Positions 29,680 through 39,126 of a stretch of DNA of 64,000 nucleotides are shown here, in pieces (position 1 is the first letter of the stretch; each line of letters begins with the position of its first letter). The notes under the pieces are model-generated. The model saw nothing but the letters and a program-made list of their open reading frames with translations, did no database searches and had not been told where the DNA came from. The position numbers were made by a program, and so were the translations under genes. The stretch comes from Naegleria gruberi (lineage: Eukaryota): NCBI GenBank assembly GCA_000004985.1, contig GG738877.1; one strand, written 5' to 3'.

Positions 29680-31452
29680 ATGGAAGACGATTTTGCTGTT
29701 GTGATTGTTCATCTTGATCAAACACCAAAAAGCTCGCTTCTTCTCTCTCGATATCGAGAAAGATTTTTGGATGTGAAATACATGTCAATTCTTGCAAAAG
29801 CTATTCGAAACTCACAATCAGAACGCAATATTTATATGTCAATGGATAAGAAATGGAAATTTGATTTATTCATGATGAGAAAATTCTTGGAATGTAAACC
29901 ATCAAATTTGGAGAAACCAAACGATTTTCAATACGAAAAGAAACAAATTATTGAAAATTGTGATTATTTGAAACAAGTTGGTTGGTTGCGCAGTGTTGAT
30001 AAAGAAACAATGCTTGAATGTTCTAAGAAAATGGAAATTCATGATGTACTTTCGTGTTGTCGTCAAGATTTTTTAAGAGATAGAGAGTTTCTAATAGCTA
30101 TTCTAAAGAATGCGAAACTCTCTTCGAATAGATATCAGTGTTTCTATTCATTATTTAAAGATTCTAATTGGTGTATGGACAGAGAAATTCTTGAGTTACT
30201 GGCTAGTAAATATGGATATGTGCCACATGTCAATAATTTGGAAAAGGATTTTGAATTAGGTGTGATGGCTGCAAAAAGTGGACAACGAATCCATTCAAAT
30301 TTTTCATATTTACCAGATAATTGGAAAGAAACAAGAGAATCAATATTAATGGCTTTTGAAATTGATCCAGAATGTCTTGAGCTAATTTCAAAATCTTTTA
30401 GAAAAGATAAAGAACTCATGATGCAAATAATTCAAAGTGAAAAAGGAATTCCACAAAAAATTGCAAAACATTTGGATGAATCATTGCTAAAAGTGAGAGA
30501 ATTTGCAATTTATGCCTTGACCCATGATTCATCGATTGAATATCTTGTGAAAATTCTGAAATTGGATAAGGAAATGTTGAAAATTATTGCAAAGAGGGAT
30601 GCATATCATTTTCCAACGAATCATTCTTATAGAAATGATAGAGAATTAATGATTGAAATGCTCAAATGTGGAGTTTCATATGAAAAGTTTGACGAATCTC
30701 TTCAAGATATGCAAATTGTAAAAGAATCATTGATTTATATGAGATTTCCAGTTTCCTTTTCATTTATCAAATTGGAATTGAGAAAAGATAGAGAATTAAC
30801 CAAGATGGCTCTAGAAATTAATCCACACATATTCAGATACATTTATTTTGAATTCAAATCTGATTTAGAAATAGCTCTATTGGCCATCAGAAAACTGCCA
30901 AACAATCTTCAATTTATGACTACAGCTTTCAAAAAGAATCCTGAAATTATATTACCAGTACTTGAGCTAGATCCTCTCACTCTACAATATGTCGATCCTT
31001 CCATTGAAAATTATCACGAACTTGTAATGAATTGTGCGAAAAGAGATCCCGCAACATTTCGATTTGTCAAGGAACAAGATCCATTCCTTCCTCAAATTCT
31101 TTCAATTGTACCCCAGTGTTTTCACTGTATTCATGCAGATGTTCATGGAAGAGAGAGATTTAAATATTTGGAATTTACTTTACAGTATGATGTTTCAGTG
31201 AGTAGATTTTATTCATCTTATGAAGTTGCACCCTTTTTTTCAAAGTATCCTGAGATTCTTCTCTACTTGTCCTATGTTCCAATAGAACATTATGACGATT
31301 ATATTGGGGAAGATCAACTCGAATTCATTTTCAAAAGAGGAGATTTGAGAATTACACACACTAAAAAATTGATGAATAGAGAGCTCATGTTGAAAATATT
31401 CCATGATTATTCAATTGGTGATTTACAGATACGTCCGACTATTAAAAGATAA
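29680..31452 (+). CDS. DUF4116-repeat protein (paralogue 1 of 3)
   Basis: The start is ATG at 29680. It has about 10 tandem ~35-aa repeats of the type DRE(F/L)(L/M)(I/M)..(L/V)K.n...(F/L).y(A/I)s..Lr.D (DREFLIAILKNAKLSSNRYQ, DRELMIEMLKCGVSYEKF, DRELTKMALEINPHIFRYI). This is the DUF4116 pattern. Confidence 0.7.
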   Translation: MEDDFAVVIVHLDQTPKSSLLLSRYRERFLDVKYMSILAKAIRNSQSERNIYMSMDKKWKFDLFMMRKFLECKPSNLEKPNDFQYEKKQIIENCDYLKQVGWLRSVDKETMLECSKKMEIHDVLSCCRQDFLRDREFLIAILKNAKLSSNRYQCFYSLFKDSNWCMDREILELLASKYGYVPHVNNLEKDFELGVMAAKSGQRIHSNFSYLPDNWKETRESILMAFEIDPECLELISKSFRKDKELMMQIIQSEKGIPQKIAKHLDESLLKVREFAIYALTHDSSIEYLVKILKLDKEMLKIIAKRDAYHFPTNHSYRNDRELMIEMLKCGVSYEKFDESLQDMQIVKESLIYMRFPVSFSFIKLELRKDRELTKMALEINPHIFRYIYFEFKSDLEIALLAIRKLPNNLQFMTTAFKKNPEIILPVLELDPLTLQYVDPSIENYHELVMNCAKRDPATFRFVKEQDPFLPQILSIVPQCFHCIHADVHGRERFKYLEFTLQYDVSVSRFYSSYEVAPFFSKYPEILLYLSYVPIEHYDDYIGEDQLEFIFKRGDLRITHTKKLMNRELMLKIFHDYSIGDLQIRPTIKR

Positions 31453-31689
31453 TTGTCTTGTACATTATCATCCCCTTACATTCATGATGAAAATATTCCT
31501 TATATCACTCAAGGAAAACAAATTGATAGTGAGTTTTAATTTCTGAATCCTTAAAAGAAAGAATTGGAATTTACATAATATGATTGGGGACTTAGTACTC
31601 TCTCAATATTTCAACTTTAGCCACTGTAACTGATGTGGTTCCTGCCAAATCAATATTGAGATTGTAACTTTGATATCCTCTGTTCAAAT

Positions 31690-32931
31690 TTATTCATAAA
31701 TGAATAATTGTTCAGAGTATTGATCAGTAACATATAATTCTCCAGTTTCATAATTGATACAAACATCTGAAACACATCTAAATGAACTATTAGTAATTGA
31801 ATCCATAAAATTTCCACTTTCCAAATCGAGAATAGAAATTGTGCATTCTCCACTATCAGCAATCAATAATCTATTCCCCAGTTTGTCATAGAAAATTCCC
31901 AGTGGATTATACATGATCATTGAATCACCTAAACATTGATCCACTACCATTTGTCCAACTTGATTTTCCAATCTCTTAACACAATGTCCTGCAAATTGAC
32001 TAACCCAAATACGATCTTGGTTATCCAATGAAATACCCCAAGGTTCTCTAAACTCAATATTAGATCCTAATTCACGAGAATTTCCCTTCTCTCCAAATAT
32101 TTTCAATTGTTTCCCATCAAACGTATTCAAAATCTTGATTCGATTATTCCACTTATCACATACGAATAGAATATTTCCAAGTTTCTTATCATCATGTTCA
32201 TTTCTGAAAGAATCATACTTATTGGAATAGCAAATGGCTATCATTTCAGGCCAATTATAGTTAAACTCATCAGTAAATCCTCTTCCACTATCTCCAGTTT
32301 TTTTAGTGCCACTTATCCACAATGGTTGGATATTTGGTTTAGTTTCGTTACTCTTAAACAAGCTCTCCAAATCATATTTCTCAACTGTGTGTCTGGTAAA
32401 TGAGACAATGAGGGCTTCACCACCTCTATATCCATCCTTTTCAATTGCAATATCACTAAATGAGCTATGCAATCTAATTCCCTTGATGAATTTTTTAGTA
32501 TTAAAATCCAAAAACAACAATTGACCATCAGCTCCCACAATAATACATTGAAATTGATGTGAAATTGTAACACAATTTGGCATTCCTCCTTCAATTGGTC
32601 CACTATAATGCCTTTCATACATTGCTTCTTCATCTAAATCAACTTGTCTTTCATCAAATTCTTCTTCTTCTTCTTCGTCTTCTTCTTCTTGTGCCTCTTC
32701 ATCATCATCATCATCATCATTAGGAATTTCCAATCCCTTTCTATCCAATTTTATAACTTGTTTCAAATTAAATTTGTAGGAAAATGGAATTTCCTCCTTC
32801 GGAGCTTGTTTCCCCAATTTTTGTTGTAATTGCACTTCGATGGTGGAATGTTGTGGAATATTGTCCAATGTGATGATTACTGGCGAGGAATTTTCAAGAT
32901 CTTCTTGGTGTGTTGATGGATTCATCATCAT
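31690..32931 (-). CDS. NHL-repeat beta-propeller protein with an acidic N-terminal region
   Basis: The start is ATGATGATG at 32931. The N-terminal third includes an acidic tract (DDDDDDEEAQEEEDEEEEEEFDE). The remainder carries about 5 NHL repeats (LFVCDKWNNRIKIL, DRIWVSQFAGHCVKRL, NRLLIADSGECTISILD, GELYVTDQYSEQLFIYE). Confidence 0.65.
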   Translation of the reverse strand: MMMNPSTHQEDLENSSPVIITLDNIPQHSTIEVQLQQKLGKQAPKEEIPFSYKFNLKQVIKLDRKGLEIPNDDDDDDEEAQEEEDEEEEEEFDERQVDLDEEAMYERHYSGPIEGGMPNCVTISHQFQCIIVGADGQLLFLDFNTKKFIKGIRLHSSFSDIAIEKDGYRGGEALIVSFTRHTVEKYDLESLFKSNETKPNIQPLWISGTKKTGDSGRGFTDEFNYNWPEMIAICYSNKYDSFRNEHDDKKLGNILFVCDKWNNRIKILNTFDGKQLKIFGEKGNSRELGSNIEFREPWGISLDNQDRIWVSQFAGHCVKRLENQVGQMVVDQCLGDSMIMYNPLGIFYDKLGNRLLIADSGECTISILDLESGNFMDSITNSSFRCVSDVCINYETGELYVTDQYSEQLFIYE

Positions 32932-33002
32932 GGTTGTTCGATGTGTTTTCTCTCTATTTTTTTTTTAAGAAGAATCAAAGATGAATTTGAACTTTCAGAT
33001 AT

Positions 33003-33049
33003 CCACAACCACACAACCACAGATTCAGTGCATGGTTGTGTGGTTGTGG
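33003..33049. promoter_or_regulatory. Perfect 16-bp inverted repeat (CCACAACCACACAACC ... GGTTGTGTGGTTGTGG) with a 15-nt loop in a divergent promoter
   Basis: The hairpin is read directly from the sequence. It lies 72 bp upstream of the NHL gene start (32931, minus strand) and 326 bp upstream of the ATPase gene start (33375, plus strand). Confidence 0.5.
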
Positions 33050-33374
33050 AATGGAAATATATTTCACAATATTTCAATGTTGGTGGGATGAATCTCGGAG
33101 TGATTTCACATGGTGAAACTTAGAATTTTACATCATCACCATAATCATAACACTAATTGACTTATTCATCATTTAAATTTTCAGTAAAATCATCACCAAG
33201 TGCTGAATCTACACACAACAGCAATATTCCAGGTCGCCAATTTTAAAAACTCTATTTTTACGTTGGGAATTCACAAACAACAGCAACTTTAAATTTCCTT
33301 CATTTTCCATCATTTACACAACACAAAAAACATTACCACTACAACTACAACATCAGATTTTCATAATCATCATC

Positions 33375-34901
33375 ATGGTCAGTGCCTCAGAGGAACGACA
33401 GGAAATTCTTCTACAAGTCATTACACTCCGACAATTAGCCAAACATTCGAATAGTATTCACAAGGATGCCATCACTGCCTACATTGAAAAGGATCCACTC
33501 TACAAGCAATGCGAATCAATTATACTTGGCATGAATGGAAAGAGAACGATCTTTCAAATTATTCAAAAATTATCAGAAAATGATTTGAAATTCAATGAAA
33601 GTGAGGAATTTGAATTGATTAGAGATTTGAATCAAGTGGATGAAGAATTGTATCCAAAAAAGTTCTTTGAATTGACTAAACCATTGGATAGATTGTTTTC
33701 TCTTGAGGTTTATCAGTTGGCTGCACTTTCTTTGAAAATTGATTATAAGAAACCTAAAGAGTTTTTTGACTTGATGTTTGCCAAGCTAAATATTGAGCAA
33801 ATAGTAACCAATAAGAAGAAGAAGGTATTATTTACTAAATTGGATGAAGAGGAAAGTAAAAAGAAATTGGTTGTGATTGAGAATCAACTTGATGAATTAT
33901 TCGAAATATTTCCAATAGAATTTGCAGAGAGAGTGAAAGCCAAATGTGGTGAAAATTTGGATCAATTGGTTGAAATTGTAATGGATATTAAGAAACCCTT
34001 GAGACTCTACTATTATCAACAAGACGAAAAGGACGAAACTTGTACAATCGACTATCAAATTTTAAACTCAATTTGTCAAAATCTAATTTTTGGACAGGAT
34101 GACAGGGCTGGCATTAGTGGAACACTACATCGTGTCAGTAGAATTACATCCAGAATTGGAAACGTGATTGGCTTAACTATTCGAATAGGCAGAGCAGTTG
34201 TAGGAATTGGAGAACTTTTCAAAGATGTCACTAATTCGAATGAAAATATCCTACTGGTGGGTATTCCTAATTCTGGTAAAAGTACATTGATTAGAGATTT
34301 GAGTAGAGTTCTTTCAGAACAGAATCGAGTAGTGATAGTAGATACATCTTGTGAAATTGCAGGTTTGGGAGATGTGCCTCATTCTGCAACAGGAGATTCG
34401 AGAAGAATTCCTGTCAAAGATCCAAAAAATCAAAGAGTTGACATGTTGAGAGCTGTCCAAAATCATTCTCCACAAGTAATTGTCATTGATGAGATTAGTG
34501 ATTCTAAGGAGGTGCAAACATGTAGAACTATTTCTCAAAGGGGAGTCCGTTTGTGTGCCTCAGCTCATGGAACTTTGGAAAAACTTCTGGTCAACCCAGT
34601 GTTACGCGATTTATTGGGAGGAGTTGGTGATGTTACAGTCTCTGATGATTCAGCCAGACAAAAGGGAGGTCAAAAGATTATCAATCAAATGAAGGGCTCA
34701 CCAATTTTTGGAATAATAATCGAAGTTAAAAAGTCTCAAAATGGTGACACAGAGTGGATTATTTATAACAATGTAAAGGAAACTGTAAGGAGTATTTTGA
34801 ATGGACAGGATTTTAAGGGTATTAGGAGAAGTTTGAAAATTCCAAATGATTTGCTCTCAGTGCAGGACATAGTTACGGTTTTCCAACCAACCAATTTTTA
34901 A
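33375..34901 (+). CDS. P-loop NTPase of the Ycf45 / SpoIIIAA-like family (AAA-type)
   Basis: The start is ATG at 33375. AGISGTLHRVSRITSRIGNVIGLTIRIGRAVVG is followed by Walker A LLVGIPNSGKSTLIRDLSR and Walker B VIVIDEIS. The conserved tail VVIVDTSCEIAG...RGVRLCASAHG matches the Ycf45/stage-III-sporulation-AA pattern found in cyanobacteria and plastid-bearing eukaryotes. Confidence 0.7.
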   Translation: MVSASEERQEILLQVITLRQLAKHSNSIHKDAITAYIEKDPLYKQCESIILGMNGKRTIFQIIQKLSENDLKFNESEEFELIRDLNQVDEELYPKKFFELTKPLDRLFSLEVYQLAALSLKIDYKKPKEFFDLMFAKLNIEQIVTNKKKKVLFTKLDEEESKKKLVVIENQLDELFEIFPIEFAERVKAKCGENLDQLVEIVMDIKKPLRLYYYQQDEKDETCTIDYQILNSICQNLIFGQDDRAGISGTLHRVSRITSRIGNVIGLTIRIGRAVVGIGELFKDVTNSNENILLVGIPNSGKSTLIRDLSRVLSEQNRVVIVDTSCEIAGLGDVPHSATGDSRRIPVKDPKNQRVDMLRAVQNHSPQVIVIDEISDSKEVQTCRTISQRGVRLCASAHGTLEKLLVNPVLRDLLGGVGDVTVSDDSARQKGGQKIINQMKGSPIFGIIIEVKKSQNGDTEWIIYNNVKETVRSILNGQDFKGIRRSLKIPNDLLSVQDIVTVFQPTNF

Positions 34902-35329
34902 GTAATTTTCTTGATTTGGAAAGAGCAAATACTATGACTTAATTTTGAAACCTTGATATTTAAAGTAAAAAGTACTGAAATGGCCGCAGCCATTCAATTG
35001 ATTTATTGACTGTTATCTGACCCAAATGCAAAACCTATGTCTCAACCTGGTAAGCCAGCTCTTTTTGGAAAAGGTACAGAGCTTAACCAATTTATGCAAT
35101 CTCCTCAACAATGGTGTTCTTGCGTGTTGCAGTATAAGCTTTTGAATCTGAAAATTTGTGAAAATGATGTTTTGACATGAAAATAATGAGAGCTTTTACA
35201 AACTTCGTATTGCTCACACTATCATTCATATCGCTCAACAACTTATTCTTCAAATCCGTAATAAGTTCTGATGTTGGCATATATTCTATTATTGGATAAA
35301 TATATTAAATATTAAATAATTAAATACAG

Positions 35330-37255
35330 CTACATACCTTTCCATTCAATTTTCTCAGTCTTGTTTTTAAATATTTTAAAACTAGTTGAACTATAATCAT
35401 CATATCCATTAAAAGATGTAACTTCAAGTATTACATTCAATATTTCATTACTTGTTGTTTTAAAATTGCATTCTGAATAAATTTTCATTTCATCTAAAAC
35501 TGGACTTGATATGGAAACTGAAAAACCCTTCCTATCATCATTTAATTGTTTCTTTTTCAAATGTTTTTCTGCTTTAGATTTAATATTGTAATCACTATTT
35601 TCAAATTTTACTAATTTTCCAGAATATTTCAAACAGAAATTTCTTAAATCAATTAAACTTTTCAAATGTTGACTACTATTGAAATGATATGATTGTAATG
35701 AAATTTCATTCACAAGCTTTTCCATATATGTAATTCCATCCAATTCATAACATGTATGACAATTTCTACGGATGGTATCATTAGAATTACTATCATTAGA
35801 ATTGCTATCGGAATTACTATTATTAGAATTATTTTTGGATAATAAATTAAAATTTAAATCGTGTAATTGTAAAAATTGTAAAATATCAACTATTGCATAT
35901 TCCTTTTCAGAAAAATTGGTAATGTGAATTTTGAACGAGCATGAACAAATCATTAAAAATTTAACAAAATCTTCCAAATTCCAATTTAGAGGAATATCCA
36001 ACAATGAAAATACATCATTCAATGCCTCCTTATCATGAATTACTTTATCTTGTTCATATGTGTCAGTTAATAACAAAGTTTCCATTCTTTTTTCTTTTCT
36101 AGCTGCCAAATAATAATAAACATGGCATGTATCATCTCCACTACATATTGTCTTGACATGATGTTGAAAGAATTCCATAAATCCATTTCCATCTTTTCTT
36201 TTTATAGATAATTTACAAACACTTCCTTGTGAATGATCCAATTTAACAGATGCCCAACTTGTAAATTTAACATTTCCATCCTTAAATAATTGTTTATAAT
36301 TGTTCAATATTTTTAAATTTTCATCATTGGATGATAAATAATCATTCATATCAATTGAATGAGTGGAATCATTTGACACTAATTGATTGTTTAATATATG
36401 TGCATTTAAATGGAGTATACATCCATTAATAAATTGCATAGTAGATGCAATTGTAGATTTTTTATCTAAATAACTGTTAATTATGTTTTTAAATAAAAGA
36501 TATATTTGAAATTGATATTTACGATACTGTAAATGACTATTATATCCAATGTAGAGTTCATTGGTAAAAGCTGCATGAACAAGTCTAAATGGTAATTGAT
36601 CACTATTTGGTAAATACATGAAAATATTGTGTAATACAATAGTATTCAACCAATTTGTAAAATGATAATTAGGATGTCGAATAATAATTAGTGAAGGAGT
36701 TACATTAGTATTGATAGATTGTGTTACATGTTTAGAATTATTCAATTTTCTCTTTTTCCTACGATGACGAATTTTCCTTTTCAAATCTTCATCATCAGAA
36801 CTTTCCTCTTCATCGGAATCCTCATCTTCCTCATCATCAGAATTATTACATTTACGAGCTTTCTTTTTATCCTCATTTTCCTCTTCCTCGTCTTCTTCCT
36901 CATCCTCTTCATCCTCATCTTCCTCTTCCTCGTCTTCTTCCTCCACTTCTTCCTCCTCTTCCTCATCACAATCACAATACAATTCTTTTCCAAATAATAA
37001 TGTATTTCTAATTTTTTGAACATCACCACGATCATAGTCATAGCTTTCGGAATCATAGCCATAGTTTTCGGAATCATAGTTTTCGAAATCCGAATAATCA
37101 TCTACACTATTTTCTTGCTCTTCCAATTCCTTTTCCAATAAATTTTGTAATTTGCTTTCTTCCCTTAATGGTGCACCATCTGTTTTGAAATGATCATACC
37201 AGCAAGAATCGCCAAATCGACAACAACCTGCTAACCAATACCAACAAACAACCAT
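35330..37255 (-). CDS. CCCH-type zinc-finger protein with a long poly-acidic tract
   Basis: The start is ATG at 37255. The N-terminus CWYWLAGCCRFGDSCWYDH follows the C-x7-C-x5-C-x3-H pattern. An E/D run follows (EEEEEVEEEDEEEEDEDEEDEEEDEEEENED) and the C-terminal 450 aa are unassigned. Confidence 0.6.
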   Translation of the reverse strand: MVVCWYWLAGCCRFGDSCWYDHFKTDGAPLREESKLQNLLEKELEEQENSVDDYSDFENYDSENYGYDSESYDYDRGDVQKIRNTLLFGKELYCDCDEEEEEEVEEEDEEEEDEDEEDEEEDEEEENEDKKKARKCNNSDDEEDEDSDEEESSDDEDLKRKIRHRRKKRKLNNSKHVTQSINTNVTPSLIIIRHPNYHFTNWLNTIVLHNIFMYLPNSDQLPFRLVHAAFTNELYIGYNSHLQYRKYQFQIYLLFKNIINSYLDKKSTIASTMQFINGCILHLNAHILNNQLVSNDSTHSIDMNDYLSSNDENLKILNNYKQLFKDGNVKFTSWASVKLDHSQGSVCKLSIKRKDGNGFMEFFQHHVKTICSGDDTCHVYYYLAARKEKRMETLLLTDTYEQDKVIHDKEALNDVFSLLDIPLNWNLEDFVKFLMICSCSFKIHITNFSEKEYAIVDILQFLQLHDLNFNLLSKNNSNNSNSDSNSNDSNSNDTIRRNCHTCYELDGITYMEKLVNEISLQSYHFNSSQHLKSLIDLRNFCLKYSGKLVKFENSDYNIKSKAEKHLKKKQLNDDRKGFSVSISSPVLDEMKIYSECNFKTTSNEILNVILEVTSFNGYDDYSSTSFKIFKNKTEKIEWKGM

Positions 37256-37421
37256 TTTTTTTTAATTAGTATTATTTCTAAATTGACCTTTTTTTATTAT
37301 TAGAAAGAAATTTCCACTTGCTTTTGGAAGTCAAACTTCTAGAAATTTGAAGAAAGAATAAATTTAGCAGTTGTTTATTTCAGATAAAGTAATCTTTCAA
37401 CTTTATTCAAATTTAAATGAA

Positions 37422-38120
37422 TTAGTAAGTACGACATTGACTTTCTGGAGGACAACTATCTGGAATTGTGAAAAGTTTTGGATCTAATTGATAACTTGCT
37501 CCAGAAAATTGTACATTCTTTGAGAAACTTCCCTCAGGTTGAGTAATTGCTTGAACATAACTTGCAAAAACGCAACTTTGTTGATCAATAGGAAGTGTCC
37601 AATAATATTCGGTGCTGATATATCTATCGACTCCTCTTTGCATAATTGTCTCAGTTCCATATTTTTGTGCCTTATTAAAGCCAATATTTGATTCTTCCAA
37701 TAGTTTTCCAATAGTACAATAGTTATTGGACCAATTGTTCTGAGCAGTTTTCACACAGAAACATGTTTGTCCCCAAATAATAGTATAGGAATAAGTAAGT
37801 TGGCCATTTCTGTATGAAATTATAGTAGTATTTGGTGCAATATTGCTATTGGTCACATCTGTTCTTGCCTTTCCATTATCTAAATCATCATTGATGGTCC
37901 ATGTAGCAAAGTATGTGTTGGTTTCATTACCAGCAAAGCCTACTTGCATTGTACTTCCCTTCAAGGAGATTTTTCTTGGTAAACAGCAAGAAGTTGGGTA
38001 ATCCTTTTGGTTGACCATTGCTGGCAGTATAGAACGAGGATGTATGGCAGTAGAATAATTGACAATCAACAAGATTGCAAATAAACAAGCAGTGATGATC
38101 AATGCGTTGTGATGAGACAT
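37422..38120 (-). CDS. Ependymin-related secreted protein (EPDR family)
   Basis: The start is ATG at 38120. There is a signal peptide (ALIITACLFAILLIVNYSTA). The N-terminal motif is C-x-P within PTSCCLPRKISLKG. The C-terminal motif KLFTIPDSCPPESQC matches EPDR1 SVFTPPSTC. The conserved Trp and Cys spacing fits the ependymin fold. Confidence 0.6.
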   Translation of the reverse strand: MSHHNALIITACLFAILLIVNYSTAIHPRSILPAMVNQKDYPTSCCLPRKISLKGSTMQVGFAGNETNTYFATWTINDDLDNGKARTDVTNSNIAPNTTIISYRNGQLTYSYTIIWGQTCFCVKTAQNNWSNNYCTIGKLLEESNIGFNKAQKYGTETIMQRGVDRYISTEYYWTLPIDQQSCVFASYVQAITQPEGSFSKNVQFSGASYQLDPKLFTIPDSCPPESQCRTY

Positions 38121-38416
38121 TTTTTTGTTGGGATTTTGATTTGATATTTAAATGTGGCGTAACTTTCTAGTATGATTCCAAGAACATGTTCTTCTCATCC
38201 ATTTCGAGTCTAATAACGGAACAATTTGTGAAATTTACAACTACTCGGAGTTGACTACAATCTTAAATTCAATGTTCAGCAGATGATCTTTATTTTCTTT
38301 TTTCATTCACTTCTTACAGGGTTAATGGTGTTGATTCTGAAGCTAAAAAGTTGATTAATGATTTCAAATTTTTTGTAATTTAAACAAGCGTCCACCTCAA
38401 AAGCAATATTATAAAA

Positions 38417-38533
38417 GACTACAGCACCACAGGTTCCCAAGTTGTCTCCAACCTCAGTACTGATGTGGCTCGACGATGCTTAACTTCTCAAATCGGACGG
38501 GATGGGTTCATTCATCGTGATATGGCCGTAGCC
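38417..38533 (-). rRNA. 5S: 5S ribosomal RNA, copy 3 (a 2-nt-shorter sequence variant)
   Basis: It is the reverse complement of the 5S consensus, but it reads GGGATGGGTTCATTCATCG where the other copies read GGGATGAGGTGCATTCATCG. A T-run terminator follows on the gene strand. It may be a pseudogene. Confidence 0.8.
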
Positions 38534-38598
38534 ATTGATATCCTTAATTTACGATATTTAATCTATTAAGATGAGCTTTCTCGAACATAGAACGAACT

Positions 38599-39126
38599 AT
38601 GAACCAAGAAACGTTCATCACAAAATCAAAAAAAATGGGTCAAAAGCAAAGTATCTCTAAATGGACGATTGATGAACATACTTTGAGCATTGATGATGTT
38701 TGCAAAAAGTTCGATACTCAATTTAATAACTATAATCCGGATGAATCATTAGGCTTGAAGAGTCAAGTGGTTAATAAACGATCGGCACAGTTAAGTAGAA
38801 AGAGGAGAACAGTCATTGTATTTAGGGATGGTATTAAGAAAAATATTGATAGTGAAGAGTTGGTGGTGGGTGATATTGTGATGGTCAATAGTGGAGATAT
38901 TGTTCCAGCAGATTTGAGAATTTTGAGTATTAATGGTTTGAAGGTGGATAATTGCATAATAAGCGGAGAGAAGACGATATTGAATTGTACTGTTGATAAG
39001 ACACACGAAAATCCTTTCGAGACGTCCAATATTCTTTTCAAGGAGACAACCATTGTAGCTGGAAGTGGGTATGCAGTGGTCATTAAAATTGGTAGTGATA
39101 CATTAATTGAATCTTTGGCTCCATAA
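38599..39126 (+). pseudogene. Na+/K+-ATPase alpha-subunit-like (P-type IIC) gene relic: N-terminal fragment with an internal deletion and premature stop
   Basis: HTLSIDDVCKKFDTQ ... GLKSQVVNKRSAQ aligns with the Na,K-ATPase N-terminus (HKLSLDELHRKYGTD...GLT.ARAAE). RTVIVFRDGIKKNIDSEELVVGDIVMVNSGDIVPADLRILS...LKVDNCIISGEKT...NPFETSNILFKETTIVAGSGYAVVIKIGSDT aligns with the actuator domain ([36 protein letters not shown]...CKVDNSSLTGESEP...NPLETRNIAFFST). The transmembrane M1-M2 segment between them is missing. The ORF stops after 175 aa, and no phosphorylation or ATP-binding domains follow in any frame. Confidence 0.6.
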
